Shown piece after piece: positions 47,271 to 58,117 of a stretch of 64,000 bases of DNA; the first letter of the stretch is position 1; every line of letters begins with the position of its first letter. The stretch is taken from positions 608,001 to 672,000 of the forward strand of contig OZ242274.1 of NCBI GenBank assembly GCA_965207375.1, given 5' to 3'. Both the position numbers and the translations under genes were made by a program. The DNA is from Nitrosopumilaceae archaeon. GTDB lineage: Archaea; Thermoproteota; Nitrososphaeria; Nitrososphaerales; Nitrosopumilaceae. Under the pieces are notes generated by a model that worked only from the letters and a program-made list of their open reading frames with translations, ran no database searches and was not told the origin of the DNA.

Positions 47271-49977
47271 CGACATTGTTCAAAAATTTGTCTCAATTGG
47301 ATTTGAACAATTAACACAAATTCAAAAAAAGGCAATTCCCCTGATTTTAGCAAGAAAAAATTCCTTGTTTATTGCACCTACCGGTTCTGGTAAAACAGAA
47401 TCTTCGGTAATACCTATATTTTCCCATTTGAAATACTCAAAAAAGCCTGGATACATCAAGGCACTATACATTACCCCTTTGCGTGCATTAAACCGAGATG
47501 TCTTTCGTAGAATAACAAAATATGCCCACGATCAAACTCTCACCATTGAAATCAGACACGGTGATACCTCTCAAAAAATTAGAAAAAAAATCGCCGATTC
47601 TCCCCCCGATGTCTTAATTACCACGCCAGAAACCTTGGTGATACTTCTTACTCAGAAAAAATACCTAAATGCTCTCTCTGAAATAGAATGGGTAGTAATT
47701 GATGAGGTGCATGAACTTCTTTCAAGCAAGCGCGGCACCCAACTGTCATTAAGTTTAGAGCGACTGTACCATAACTCTAAAATTGATTTTACCAGAATCG
47801 GCTTGTCTGCGACAGTCGGCAATCCAAAGGACGCTGCAAAATTTGTTGCAGGAACAAATCGCAAATTTGCAATTGCAAAAGATACCTCTGTTAGAAAATA
47901 TGACGTAGAGATTCAATATGTCAACGGCACAGTTACCGATGTTGCAAATTCAATTATAGAATATGTTACAAAACTACATCTGTCCTCTCCTGTGTTGTTA
48001 TTTACAAATACTAGGGGAGAATCAGAACTTTTAGCATCCATTCTAAAAGAAAAATCTACCATCAGCGTAGAGTTACATCACGGCTCCCTGTCAAAACAGG
48101 TTCGTGAGGAAACTGAGGAATCCTTGCGCAATGCAACCTCGGGTATCGTTGTTTGCACATCCTCACTGGAATTGGGCCTAGATATTGGCTCCGTTGAATT
48201 GGTGATTCATTACGGCTCCCCACGACAGGTATCCAAACTGATGCAACGAATAGGACGCAGCAGACACAATCGCAGCTCTTCAGCAAAGGGATTAATTGTC
48301 ACAAACAATGCCGACGATGAGCTCGAGGCTAGGGCAATACTAGAGAGAATCAAGCAAGGAGAAATCGAGGAGCAAAAAATTCATTTTGGAGCACTTGACG
48401 TTTTGGCACATCACCTTGTAGGCATGACAATGCAATCAGGTGAAATTTCTGTTCAAAAAGCCTTTGATATTGTTTCTAACGCATTTGCCTTTAGTCGTCT
48501 CACTTTGGATGAATTTGTATCAGTTGTTGAATTACTAGATTCTAACTATTTGATCTTCTTTAACAGGGAAAAAATGACATTTTGGAAAAAGACAAGGTCC
48601 TTTAGATATCATTTTCAAAGTCTATCTACAATTCCTGACATCTTGAGATTTCGAGTCTTTGATGTAATTGGTAAAAAAGCAATAGGAAGCCTTGATCAAA
48701 GGTTTGTAGGCGATTATGGTGATTCTGGAAATGTATTTGTTCTAAAGGGCTCGCATTGGAAAATTGTCAAAACCGATGAAAAGGCCCTAACAGTAAATGT
48801 AGAGCCTATACGCGGTTCAGGTATAACTGTACCATACTGGGAGGGCGAAAGTATTCCGGTTGATTTTAAAACATCAAACAAGGTCGGCACATTTAGAACT
48901 CAAATAAAATCAGGAGAATTAGACGTCTCAAACAGTGTCATCAAAAACCTACAGTTATGTCCTGTTCCAAACGAAAAAACCATTGTTGTTGAATCAGTAA
49001 GAACCGACGGTAACATAGTCCTGCATTCTTGTTTTGGCACAAAAATCAACGCCACTATAACTACGATACTGTCTTCTATGCTATCTGCAATCTTGGGATA
49101 TTCCATTGAGGGACGCTCTGATGCATACAGGATTGTTTTGACCTCTCGCAGCAGAATTTCTGAGAAAATTTTAACTGAGGTTATAAAAGACCAATATAAT
49201 CTGCCTGAAATAGTCACAGCATCTTTGCATGGCACTCATAATGTGAATTGGAAAACATGGTGCGTAGCAAAAAAATTTGGCATAGTTTCCAAGGACTCTG
49301 TATATGAAAGAAAATCAGCAAGATTCCTGTATGAGCGATACAAGAAAACCCCGCTTGTATCTGAATCCATGCGGGAGCTATTCCATGATAAATATGACCT
49401 GGAAAATACGGATAAAATTCTTCGACAGATTCGCAACGGTGAAATTTGCATTAAATGGAATGATTTAGACAAATTCTCAAAACTTGCCGAACCCATACTA
49501 GACCATACTGTAAAATATTATTCAAATCCCTCAAGCGTAGACAAGGGAATAATGGACATGGTCAAATCCAGATTGTTGAAAACCAAACACCGTTTGGTTT
49601 GTGTAAGGTGTGGCAGATGGGAAAGATCTGTTGAGACCAACCAGGTAAAAGCTGTTCTAGTATGCCCGCAATGCAAGACCCGACAAATTACTGCCACCTA
49701 TTATTCTGATTATGATTTACCTGAAATTGTACGAAAAAAACATGCAGGCAAAAAATTATCAGCAGATGAAAAACACAAGTTTGAGAGGGCATGGAAGGTA
49801 TCCTCCCTGATAGAAAGTTTTGGCAAAACTGCATTGATAGTTCTTTCCGGATATGGAATAGGTGCAGATACGGCAGCCAGAATTTTGAAAAACATGGTAG
49901 ATGATGAAATTCTCTACAAACAAATCTACGAATCTGAAAGGCAGTATGTTATGACTAGGGGCTTTTGGGATTCCTAG
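47263..49977 (+). CDS. lhr: Lhr-family DEAD/DEAH helicase with C-terminal zinc motif
   Basis: APTGSGKT, PLRALN, DEVH, SAT, HHGS and QRIGRS motifs. Confidence 0.9.
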   Translation: MIDDIVQKFVSIGFEQLTQIQKKAIPLILARKNSLFIAPTGSGKTESSVIPIFSHLKYSKKPGYIKALYITPLRALNRDVFRRITKYAHDQTLTIEIRHGDTSQKIRKKIADSPPDVLITTPETLVILLTQKKYLNALSEIEWVVIDEVHELLSSKRGTQLSLSLERLYHNSKIDFTRIGLSATVGNPKDAAKFVAGTNRKFAIAKDTSVRKYDVEIQYVNGTVTDVANSIIEYVTKLHLSSPVLLFTNTRGESELLASILKEKSTISVELHHGSLSKQVREETEESLRNATSGIVVCTSSLELGLDIGSVELVIHYGSPRQVSKLMQRIGRSRHNRSSSAKGLIVTNNADDELEARAILERIKQGEIEEQKIHFGALDVLAHHLVGMTMQSGEISVQKAFDIVSNAFAFSRLTLDEFVSVVELLDSNYLIFFNREKMTFWKKTRSFRYHFQSLSTIPDILRFRVFDVIGKKAIGSLDQRFVGDYGDSGNVFVLKGSHWKIVKTDEKALTVNVEPIRGSGITVPYWEGESIPVDFKTSNKVGTFRTQIKSGELDVSNSVIKNLQLCPVPNEKTIVVESVRTDGNIVLHSCFGTKINATITTILSSMLSAILGYSIEGRSDAYRIVLTSRSRISEKILTEVIKDQYNLPEIVTASLHGTHNVNWKTWCVAKKFGIVSKDSVYERKSARFLYERYKKTPLVSESMRELFHDKYDLENTDKILRQIRNGEICIKWNDLDKFSKLAEPILDHTVKYYSNPSSVDKGIMDMVKSRLLKTKHRLVCVRCGRWERSVETNQVKAVLVCPQCKTRQITATYYSDYDLPEIVRKKHAGKKLSADEKHKFERAWKVSSLIESFGKTALIVLSGYGIGADTAARILKNMVDDEILYKQIYESERQYVMTRGFWDS

Positions 49978-51368
49978 TCTTTGATCCTGATTTTTGAGAA
50001 ACGGCCAAGTGTTGCATCTAGTCTTCCTTCAAATCCTGCCCTTACATTTAATCCTGTAATTGAGACGACTTGACCTATAATACATTTGTCTACTAGTCTG
50101 GCCTGGTTTCTCCACCCCTTTACCAAGATCTGTCCACTGTCGTCTTCTACTAGCATTTCAGACAGGCTTACCTGTTCACCACTTTTTGTTTGAACATCAC
50201 GACGTTCTGTTTTTTGAAGAATAATTGATTCAATACATATGTCGCGTCCTGCAGATACGTCAGTTATTTTCGTTCTTGTGTCTTCTATTGCAGGTATGGT
50301 GCCGTCCTCGTCTAATTTTCTTACAAACGAATCTCCATCAAGCCAAACTGCATTTCCGTATGCTTTTGAAGGCATACATTCGATAATGTCTCCCTCTGTA
50401 AATGTGTCCGAATTTCCCGACGAGTCTGTAATATCAATGAAATTTTTATCCTTGTCAACGCCTATGATGAAGCAGTCTCCTGACTCGTCTTTGATTGTAG
50501 ATACTATTCTTGCTATTATGGGCCTACTTTGTGTTTCATCCTCAATTACAATTGTGGTTGCATCATTTCCGTGAATTTCTAATTCTTGCTTTCCAGCCTT
50601 TGCCTTTACTCCAAACAGTTTGACTTTGGCCTGTGCCGAAATGATTTTTGGAATGGCTGATTCATCCTTTCCCCACAATACTATTCTAGTTGAATTTTCA
50701 TCACTACCCTTTAGCGATAACTTCAATGCCGTACCGGGACGTCCTCTCGAGTTTGTAAATTTCATTGGAGAAATTATTCCGTCAAGTACTCCTGAAACCA
50801 CAATATTGTCGTCATTTTCTTTTATCTGGCTTATGTCCTTTGTTATGTCATCAATGGAGGGTATTTTGCTATCATTTTGTGCAGCCTCTATTGTCGAGCC
50901 TGATCCTATGTTGATAGTGGGCGCACCGTTGAGATCTGATTTTACATATGCCTTTATAATTTTGATTAAATCTCCTGGCTTGAGCTCTTCAATTCCAGGC
51001 AAATTTGCCTTTTCATCCCACAGCTTTACACTTGCAGTAGAATCCCCATCATAAACTGTCATCGTTCTAAGCAAAAATGGTGATCCATCCTTTCTTGAAA
51101 ATTGCTTGGCAGGCGACAAGTTCAGCATTCTAGTTTCTAAAGAAACCTCTCTTGCACCTGCGTATAGATCCTTTAATCCGATCTCTGTTTTTGCCTCCTG
51201 TAACGTCACACCTAAATCTGCTGCAATTAAGAAAACCGCACCCTGATCGGTTAGATATCCTGCCCCGATCTTTTCCTTTTTCTCTAAAACCATCCGTTCT
51301 ATATCTTCTTTTGACAGATCCGGTTTTTGCTCTAACAATTTTGATAATAATTCTTCATAGGTTGCCAA
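49974..51368 (-). CDS. rpa: Replication protein A / multi-OB-fold ssDNA-binding protein
   Basis: Repeated OB folds (F.RKDG, D.T..VKLW, DDSG.I.VKGW); TTG start. Confidence 0.85.
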   Translation of the reverse strand: MATYEELLSKLLEQKPDLSKEDIERMVLEKKEKIGAGYLTDQGAVFLIAADLGVTLQEAKTEIGLKDLYAGAREVSLETRMLNLSPAKQFSRKDGSPFLLRTMTVYDGDSTASVKLWDEKANLPGIEELKPGDLIKIIKAYVKSDLNGAPTINIGSGSTIEAAQNDSKIPSIDDITKDISQIKENDDNIVVSGVLDGIISPMKFTNSRGRPGTALKLSLKGSDENSTRIVLWGKDESAIPKIISAQAKVKLFGVKAKAGKQELEIHGNDATTIVIEDETQSRPIIARIVSTIKDESGDCFIIGVDKDKNFIDITDSSGNSDTFTEGDIIECMPSKAYGNAVWLDGDSFVRKLDEDGTIPAIEDTRTKITDVSAGRDICIESIILQKTERRDVQTKSGEQVSLSEMLVEDDSGQILVKGWRNQARLVDKCIIGQVVSITGLNVRAGFEGRLDATLGRFSKIRIKD

Positions 51369-51584
51369 GTAATTTAGGTTGATTTGCTGCCTTAATAAAA
51401 ATTTCATTAACAGGTTCTGTGGAGTTGTATAGATCTAGACTGAATTTTCTCTGTAAAGTGATGCATTTTGAACAAGTGCAATCCATTTATTCTTACAATC
51501 TATTGTACGAACAACAGCCTAGTATTGGTTCGTTGTTATCTCCTCGTCAACGCCAAACTTAACCAAACAAAAACACACCACCAA

Positions 51585-52058
51585 CTAGAAATTCCATTCT
51601 TCTCTTTGGAACATCCCTAGCAGCTTACATGTGGATACACCGTATATTCTAGAGACGTACGGAATGCGTGATGGTCTTTGTGCGTTCTCATCGGTTACTA
51701 TGATCGGGGACCTGCCATCTAGGTTGTTCTTGATCGAGATTGCGAGTGCGATAATGTATGGGTCGGCACTCTCGTAGTGTGCATCTGGTTTAATTAGATC
51801 CTGGTGGTCTTTGAGAATTTTCTGAACCTGCGTAATCAGTTTATCGGTACTATGAAATGCCTTTGGATGCTGCCTGATCCATGCCTCTAATCCGTCATGG
51901 CCCTGCTTTATCTCATCACGAACCGTGTTGGGGGACACTATCTTTTCCTTGGAAATCAAATCCTCGATCCTGTTCCACAAGCTAGGAAAGATCTCAGATG
52001 GATATTTTTTATCTAAATTGATCCACTCACTCGTGTCCACAACATAGGTTGTACTCAT
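51585..52058 (-). CDS. PIN-fold nuclease (DUF4411-like)
   Basis: YVVDTS, F.SLW, V.DEI, ADPYIIALA, IVTDE and IP motifs. Confidence 0.85.
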   Translation of the reverse strand: MSTTYVVDTSEWINLDKKYPSEIFPSLWNRIEDLISKEKIVSPNTVRDEIKQGHDGLEAWIRQHPKAFHSTDKLITQVQKILKDHQDLIKPDAHYESADPYIIALAISIKNNLDGRSPIIVTDENAQRPSRIPYVSRIYGVSTCKLLGMFQREEWNF

Positions 52059-52062
52059 ACCT

Positions 52063-53238
52063 TCAAATCATTCCTTCCAGCTTTTCAAAATGCTTGATAT
52101 TTAGATCCAAATACATGACCATGTCGTTGATGGTTATCAGATCTCTTTTTCTAGAGTCAGATACTAGTCGGACATACCGCCTGCCGTTGTGACTTGTGCA
52201 TTCTTTGGCCATGTTTCTCTTGCCCCCGCCCCCATGTCTTTTGGTAGTGGGAACAGGTGGGTTTGTTTTATAGTGTTTTTTGTATTCCACCCATCGCGGA
52301 TCGCCGTCAAGCAAGTTTAGTATGCGCACGATAGTGGCTGTTTTGCTTGCACAAAATTTATTGGCCAACAAATCGATCACAGAACTTGTTGGGCGATCCC
52401 TCATATCTTCCAACTCCCTTAGCATTGCTTTTCTGGGCATGATAACTGCTCCTGCAAAGATGTTGCACCACCTCTCTACCAACATGTTTTGTCCTTTGTG
52501 TTGTCCATCGATATAGTTTGGATTGGCTAGGCATATTCCATCGGTTCTCAGCAGGAGATGAGCGTACTCGTGTAACAGAGTAAATAGTTTTGTCCGTGGT
52601 TCGTCTTTGGAGTTGATTACAATCACCTTCGGATACTTGTCTGATATTACAAACCCCCTAGCATCACTAATGTCCATGGACATCTGCATCACAAATATGT
52701 TAAACGATTCGATCTTTTCTCTCAAGGCCGTGTATACATCCAAAACAAACTTGTCTATCTTTTCTCCCACGTGTGATCTTTGAAGATCCAAACCAAGCGT
52801 CTTCCTTTCTGTTTCTGCCACCCTCTCTGGATCATCTTGGAGGGTTCGGGGAATGATATTTGGTTGTACGTCTTCTGAGCGCATCTCCAACAACTCGCCT
52901 GCATTGGCCTGAACATACCTAGCACGTCTGATAACCTCTAGGGTCTTTCTAGATATCTTCACAGCGGTGTCGGATCTGTCTATCCTTCTATAATCTGTTG
53001 GTTCTTTTTCATCTGGCGGCTCTGACAGCAATAGTACAGATATGGGTCTATTGATCACCTTTGAGATCTTTTTCAGATCACTCACCTTGATGAGAGTGTT
53101 TGACCTCCCCCACTCTTGTATAGACTTTAGTTTGATGTCGGTTCTCTCTGACAATTCTTTCTCCTCCCATCCAGATCCTGCGGTGGCCCATCTGAAAACA
53201 GCTGAGTTGATCTTCACCTTCAAATGTTGTGCACTCAT
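52063..53238 (-). CDS. XRE-HTH plus ImmA/IrrE (M78) zinc metallopeptidase
   Basis: N-terminal HTH, FTLLHEYAH and E.WCN.FAG..MP motifs; GGAGG upstream of the ATG at 53238. Confidence 0.88.
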   Translation of the reverse strand: MSAQHLKVKINSAVFRWATAGSGWEEKELSERTDIKLKSIQEWGRSNTLIKVSDLKKISKVINRPISVLLLSEPPDEKEPTDYRRIDRSDTAVKISRKTLEVIRRARYVQANAGELLEMRSEDVQPNIIPRTLQDDPERVAETERKTLGLDLQRSHVGEKIDKFVLDVYTALREKIESFNIFVMQMSMDISDARGFVISDKYPKVIVINSKDEPRTKLFTLLHEYAHLLLRTDGICLANPNYIDGQHKGQNMLVERWCNIFAGAVIMPRKAMLRELEDMRDRPTSSVIDLLANKFCASKTATIVRILNLLDGDPRWVEYKKHYKTNPPVPTTKRHGGGGKRNMAKECTSHNGRRYVRLVSDSRKRDLITINDMVMYLDLNIKHFEKLEGMI

Positions 53239-53699
53239 ATGGTGTATACCTCCTGTTTTGATATCACTTTTTGCACAGATTTCAGAAACGATTTCAATCC
53301 TCATTAATTCGTCATAGAAGTATTTATGTCAATATTTACGAGGTTCTGTTGGACTATGTAGTTCTAGTATCGGAACTAGAGAATTTAGACTATAGAAGAT
53401 TTACAGTTGTAGACACACTATGAAAGAAAACACAAAAGACAAAAAGCTCAGAGGCAATACTGCTCCCAATGAAACAATCTGGCGCTGCCCGAGTTCTTGA
53501 ATCCATTCTTATTTTACAGCATATTAATTAGATCTACTACTCAACGCACAATCTAGAGCGCAAAACTAGATGCAAACAAAAGATAACGCATCTCAAAAGC
53601 CTTGAAAGCAGATGACAACAAATGGATTACACTTGTTCAATCCAATCCCGCCTAAAGATGACAAATGCACAAAATGATGCATCTACATATCTTGAAACT

Positions 53700-54038
53700 A
53701 AATCACGAAATTATTACCTTCGTTGAGATGCCTTACCATCTGCCCTATAATTTCCGATGGATGGCTCTGTCCGCATCCATCACTATCACTAACCGAGACT
53801 TGTGATTGTTATGTCATCTAGTATGGCTGATCCGAGTCCTTTTTTATGTGTGCGATTGTGAAAGTCTATGTCCATTTTGTTCTTATCATTTGCGATAAAC
53901 TCATTTACCGCACTATCTGTGCTACTATCTAGAACCGTCGTCTATTATAATCTGTAGACTCAGTCTTTCTGACACTATTCTTTCCAGCAATTTACCGATG
54001 TTTGTTGATTTATTGAGGATAGCAATGATTAAACTAAG
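53700..54038 (-). pseudogene. Degraded GT2 polyprenol-phosphate glycosyltransferase (DPM1-like)
   Basis: Fragments in shifting frames: LSLIIAILN...NIGKLL, IIIDDGS, RTHKKGLGSAIL, VMDAD, SHPSEII; boundaries approximate. Confidence 0.7.
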
Positions 54039-54040
54039 GT

Positions 54041-55516
54041 TCAAGGTGTCACCTTGCCGGTATGTGCAAATATTGTGCTGCCCTCGTTTGTGAATCTTAG
54101 ATTGGTGTACGGGTATTTGTTGGTATCGTATTTGTCCACATTCCCTGTATATTCCTTGATCAGTTTGGTGTTATGGTACACATCAACTAGTTCAGCTCCT
54201 TTTTCCTGATCGAGAATGTAATGCGGATCAATCAAAACGTACAGATAGTCAGTCGCAGGAGCATAATACAACATGTCCGCATAATCAAGAAAGACATTGT
54301 CCATGCCATGTACATCGGATAATATCCACGTATAAACAGGGCTGGCAAGTAGCGTCATCTTATCATCATCAAAGTTTAGTATTGTGTCCTCAAGTGCGTC
54401 AAATTGGGCCGAACTCATGTCAGTGTTAATAAGCATGGAGGAAACCACGATGCCAAACAGAGCAAAGCCGAGGATCACTGTGATGCTACTAGTTGTGAAA
54501 AGGACATTTGATTTTATTCTGTGTAGATTGTCGTGTATCATATATGAGACAGCGATGCAGGCCACCGGCATCAGTAATATGTAGTGAAAATACTGGAAGA
54601 ACCCAACACTGCTCACAAATATCAGAAATGGGGCAAACCAGAACACCAAGAAGAGATTCTTCTTGATTGCCGCGTATACAAATGACGCACCACCTAAGAC
54701 CGTCATTACGGGATCTATACTGAACATGTATCCTGTAATTGGCAGTATACTGCCGGTGCCTCTTCCTACTTGCCATAATACATCTCGTAACCAATAATCC
54801 AACTGGTCTAGATGCACTGCAAACGCGGGCCAGGCAGAGGGAATTACAAAAATCGGCGGCAGTGATTTACCAAGTGTCTTGATCCCGTGGTTTGATGCTA
54901 TGATGTATCCAACTACAGGTATCATTGTAACCGCAGTCAACTTGGTAAATATAGCAAGTCCCAGTAGGATAGATGAGCACAATATCATAATATTTTTGTT
55001 TTCAGAGTCCTTTGAGTGCAGGGCCAAAAGTATCGAAGAGAGCATAAAAGGAAGCAGAATGGTGTCAAGCAATATTCTCCGAACCATCCACGTCATCGGC
55101 ATTGCCGCAAATAGTATAGATGCTAGTATTGCAACCCGCTTGCCGAATCTTTTTTCTGTTATCTTGTATATTAAAAACGTGTCAAGAATGGCAAGAAGCC
55201 CCATAAGGACGCGCGGCACCAGATATGACATCTCCAACGACTGATCCACTGTTTGTGGAAAGCCTGCAATATTTAGAAATCCAGACAAGAATATCTGGCC
55301 AAAGTAAGGATGATCATAAAATGTGCCTTCTTGATGATTGCCAGTTTCCAAAACAGTCATAGCCCGCCTCATGTAAATACCCTCATCAAAGAAAATATCT
55401 GGATATCCCACCGGATTCCACAAATGGACGTAGGCAGATAGCACGAGTATTGCTACCAAGACAGCATAATGATATCTCGTGTGAAACTGTAATAATTCCA
55501 ACTTAGACGACCTCAA
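54041..55516 (-). CDS. GT-C membrane glycosyltransferase (ArnT/PMT-like)
   Basis: FDEGIY, DHP and GLAIFTK motifs; multi-TM. Confidence 0.8.
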   Translation of the reverse strand: MRSSKLELLQFHTRYHYAVLVAILVLSAYVHLWNPVGYPDIFFDEGIYMRRAMTVLETGNHQEGTFYDHPYFGQIFLSGFLNIAGFPQTVDQSLEMSYLVPRVLMGLLAILDTFLIYKITEKRFGKRVAILASILFAAMPMTWMVRRILLDTILLPFMLSSILLALHSKDSENKNIMILCSSILLGLAIFTKLTAVTMIPVVGYIIASNHGIKTLGKSLPPIFVIPSAWPAFAVHLDQLDYWLRDVLWQVGRGTGSILPITGYMFSIDPVMTVLGGASFVYAAIKKNLFLVFWFAPFLIFVSSVGFFQYFHYILLMPVACIAVSYMIHDNLHRIKSNVLFTTSSITVILGFALFGIVVSSMLINTDMSSAQFDALEDTILNFDDDKMTLLASPVYTWILSDVHGMDNVFLDYADMLYYAPATDYLYVLIDPHYILDQEKGAELVDVYHNTKLIKEYTGNVDKYDTNKYPYTNLRFTNEGSTIFAHTGKVTP

Positions 55517-56320
55517 AATTGATACTTGATAAATTTGGACTGATTTCCACTAGCTTCACTCTAGTCCTCAAACGTTTTTTCTATAATGCCAAACAACATT
55601 CCTTTCAGAAACAACGAGTAATTCTTACCGATATTATGGTGTATCAAGTTCAGCATTTTTCATCCAATCTTTCTAGAATGATTTGTATCCTTCCAGTCAT
55701 CTGATCTATCAATTAGTTTGTCTTCGGGTATTGTGCCTGCTTGAATCTTTGTATCTGCATATTCTATCATACTAAATGTAAGAATCGTTGCGACAATTAA
55801 TAAAGTAATCAATGTTGTTTTTACTTTCATGTCCTTGCATACCCTACAACTCTTTGTTATATTAAAATTGATATTGATTTGCGGTATGCCTTGTTTTATT
55901 ATAGAGGTATAGTAATTACAATAGATAATCACTCATTTTTTGTTTTTTCGTAACAGATCGACTTTCTGAAGCTACTCTGGTTTTTAGATGTTCCATGAAA
56001 CTACGTGCAAAACCCCGGTGCAGTTTACGACAATGAACCAATACAGAACAGAGACATGTTACAGAAATGATCACACAGCATCAATTTGTGTATTACACAT
56101 TCCTTGGATACGGAATAAACTCTAGTTCGTCAAAAAATTTGTCACGTGTCAGGTGGTTTTTGGTTAACTTAGTCACCAACATGGTTGGTGTAATGTCCTT
56201 TCTTTTTGATTCTATCTCCAATGCATAGTGCAAATCCTCATCTAATCTGAATGTAACATGTTTCTTCCTTTTCTTAATTCAACCCATTAACTAAATTAGT
56301 GAGCAAATTGGCCTTCTATC

Positions 56321-57235
56321 ATGCTTTGCATTAGTACGAAATCCCTTTGCAAGTCATACGGCTCTACTGCAGCAGTTAGCAACCTAGATCTATCTGTTGA
56401 ATCGGGTCAGGTTTTTGGTTTTTTAGGGCCTAATGGCGCAGGCAAATCCACTACCATCAAACTACTTACCACCCTAATCCGGCCTTCTAGCGGATCTCTA
56501 GAAATCTTTAGTTTGGATGCGATCAAAGAACCTTTGGCAGTTAGATCAAAAATTGGCGTGGTTTTACAACAGCCTAGCTACGAACCCACGCTTTCGGTTG
56601 AAAAATCCCTTGACAAGTATGGTATGATGTGGAATGTACCCTCTGAGACCAGAAAGAGGCGGGTAGAGCAGTTACTTGTAGATTTTGAATTGACACAAAT
56701 AAGAAAAAAACGCAATGAAGATCTGTCTATAGGGCAGCGCCGCCGTGTTCAGGTCGCACGTGAATTTATGCATGATATGGATTTGTTATTCCTTGACGAG
56801 CCTACAGTAGGTTTAGATCCTGCCGCAAGACGGAAACTATTTGATTTTCTCAAAAGCAAGGTAAAATCAGGACTAACCATTTTCTATACGACCCACGTTT
56901 TGACAGAGGCAGAATATCTGTGTGATACAATTGCCATTATCAACAAAGGAAATATTTTGACCATTGACACACCTGAATCACTAAAACAAACCTATGGCAG
57001 AGAAAAAACCATCAAAATACGAGTAACAGAATCAATTGCAAACATGCCCGAATTACAGCAAATCCCAGATTGTGTAATTGATGATACTATGGGAACCATT
57101 ACAATAAAATCTGAATTTTCTGAAGGTATTCTCTCAACTGTCTTGCAGCTTTTCTCTCAACACAAAATAACCATCGAAGACCTCTCAGTTATTCCCACCA
57201 ATCTTGAAGAAATATTTCTTAAAATGGTAGAATGA
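56321..57235 (+). CDS. ABC transporter ATP-binding protein (ABC-2/drug export type)
   Basis: GPNGAGKS, LSIGQ, LDEP and TTH motifs. Confidence 0.93.
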   Translation: MLCISTKSLCKSYGSTAAVSNLDLSVESGQVFGFLGPNGAGKSTTIKLLTTLIRPSSGSLEIFSLDAIKEPLAVRSKIGVVLQQPSYEPTLSVEKSLDKYGMMWNVPSETRKRRVEQLLVDFELTQIRKKRNEDLSIGQRRRVQVAREFMHDMDLLFLDEPTVGLDPAARRKLFDFLKSKVKSGLTIFYTTHVLTEAEYLCDTIAIINKGNILTIDTPESLKQTYGREKTIKIRVTESIANMPELQQIPDCVIDDTMGTITIKSEFSEGILSTVLQLFSQHKITIEDLSVIPTNLEEIFLKMVE

Positions 57236-57241
57236 ATCAGT

Positions 57242-58003
57242 ATGCATCCAATTATAAGACTTGTAAATAGAAATTTGACAGTTTCCTTAAATCCCGGATT
57301 TTTGATATGGCAGGTAATTTTTCCACTGATTTACATCTTTGTGGCAGGTTTTGCTTATACCTCTTTGATTAGCGATGTCACATTTGGAAATAAAAGCCTG
57401 AGTTATCCTGTATTTTTGGCAACCGGAATGATTGGATTCAACATTATGAACAGCACGCTAGTTTCAGGAATAGTGATCTGGAACGATAGAAAGCATGGCA
57501 TGTTTGAGCAGATTATGTCTGGCCCCTTTACACGCACTCATTATATAATCAGCAATATCTGCACAATAGGAATAATCGGACTAGTTAGTGCGTTTTTAAT
57601 AGTTATAGTGGGATTTCCCGTCTTTGCAGATTCTGTAGAATTTGAAATCTATACCATACCGTTAATCATATTTGCATCCGTAACAGGCTCGATACTGTTT
57701 GGTTCTATTGCCTCAATTATTTCCACTCGGCTCAAATCAAGTGAAGGATTCAATGTGATAATTAATACTGTCTTTTTGTTTTTTGCATTTGTCAGTACGG
57801 CATTTTATCCTGCATCAGGTGCACCAGAGGTGTTATCTGTTGCATTTTATCTCAACCCATTGACGTATCTAGTTGATGTTATCCGAGCCGCAATGTTTGG
57901 TGTAATTACTGAACTTGTGCTAGTAGAAATATTGATTCTAGTTATTCTTGCCTTGGGACTGTTTTCTGTAGCTACAAGACTGCTTACCCGCCTAGATTTT
58001 TGA
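57242..58003 (+). CDS. ABC-2 type permease
   Basis: About six TM helices, S..FYP and NPLTY motifs. Confidence 0.9.
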   Translation: MHPIIRLVNRNLTVSLNPGFLIWQVIFPLIYIFVAGFAYTSLISDVTFGNKSLSYPVFLATGMIGFNIMNSTLVSGIVIWNDRKHGMFEQIMSGPFTRTHYIISNICTIGIIGLVSAFLIVIVGFPVFADSVEFEIYTIPLIIFASVTGSILFGSIASIISTRLKSSEGFNVIINTVFLFFAFVSTAFYPASGAPEVLSVAFYLNPLTYLVDVIRAAMFGVITELVLVEILILVILALGLFSVATRLLTRLDF

Positions 58004-58006
58004 AGG

Positions 58007-58079
58007 TAGCCCGGTCCAGACTCGAACTGGAGTCAAGGGCTCCAAAGGCCCCTATGCTTGACCGCTACACTACCGGGCT
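58007..58079 (-). tRNA. tRNA-Gln (UUG)
   Basis: AGCCCGG/CCGGGCT acceptor stem, anticodon loop CT-TTG-GA, TTCGA T-loop, 73 nt, no intron. Confidence 0.95.
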
Positions 58080-58117
58080 ATCAAAATAATTAACTTTTGG
58101 TCCCTTAATGATATTTT

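Noticed and set aside
53369-53378. ATCGGAACTA resembling the ISH3 TIR / IS110-B target
   Set aside because: Lacks the terminal CTG and a partner end; too short to call
58007-58079. tRNA-Gln as an island integration site
   Set aside because: No integrase and no duplicated tRNA 3' end noticed in the window
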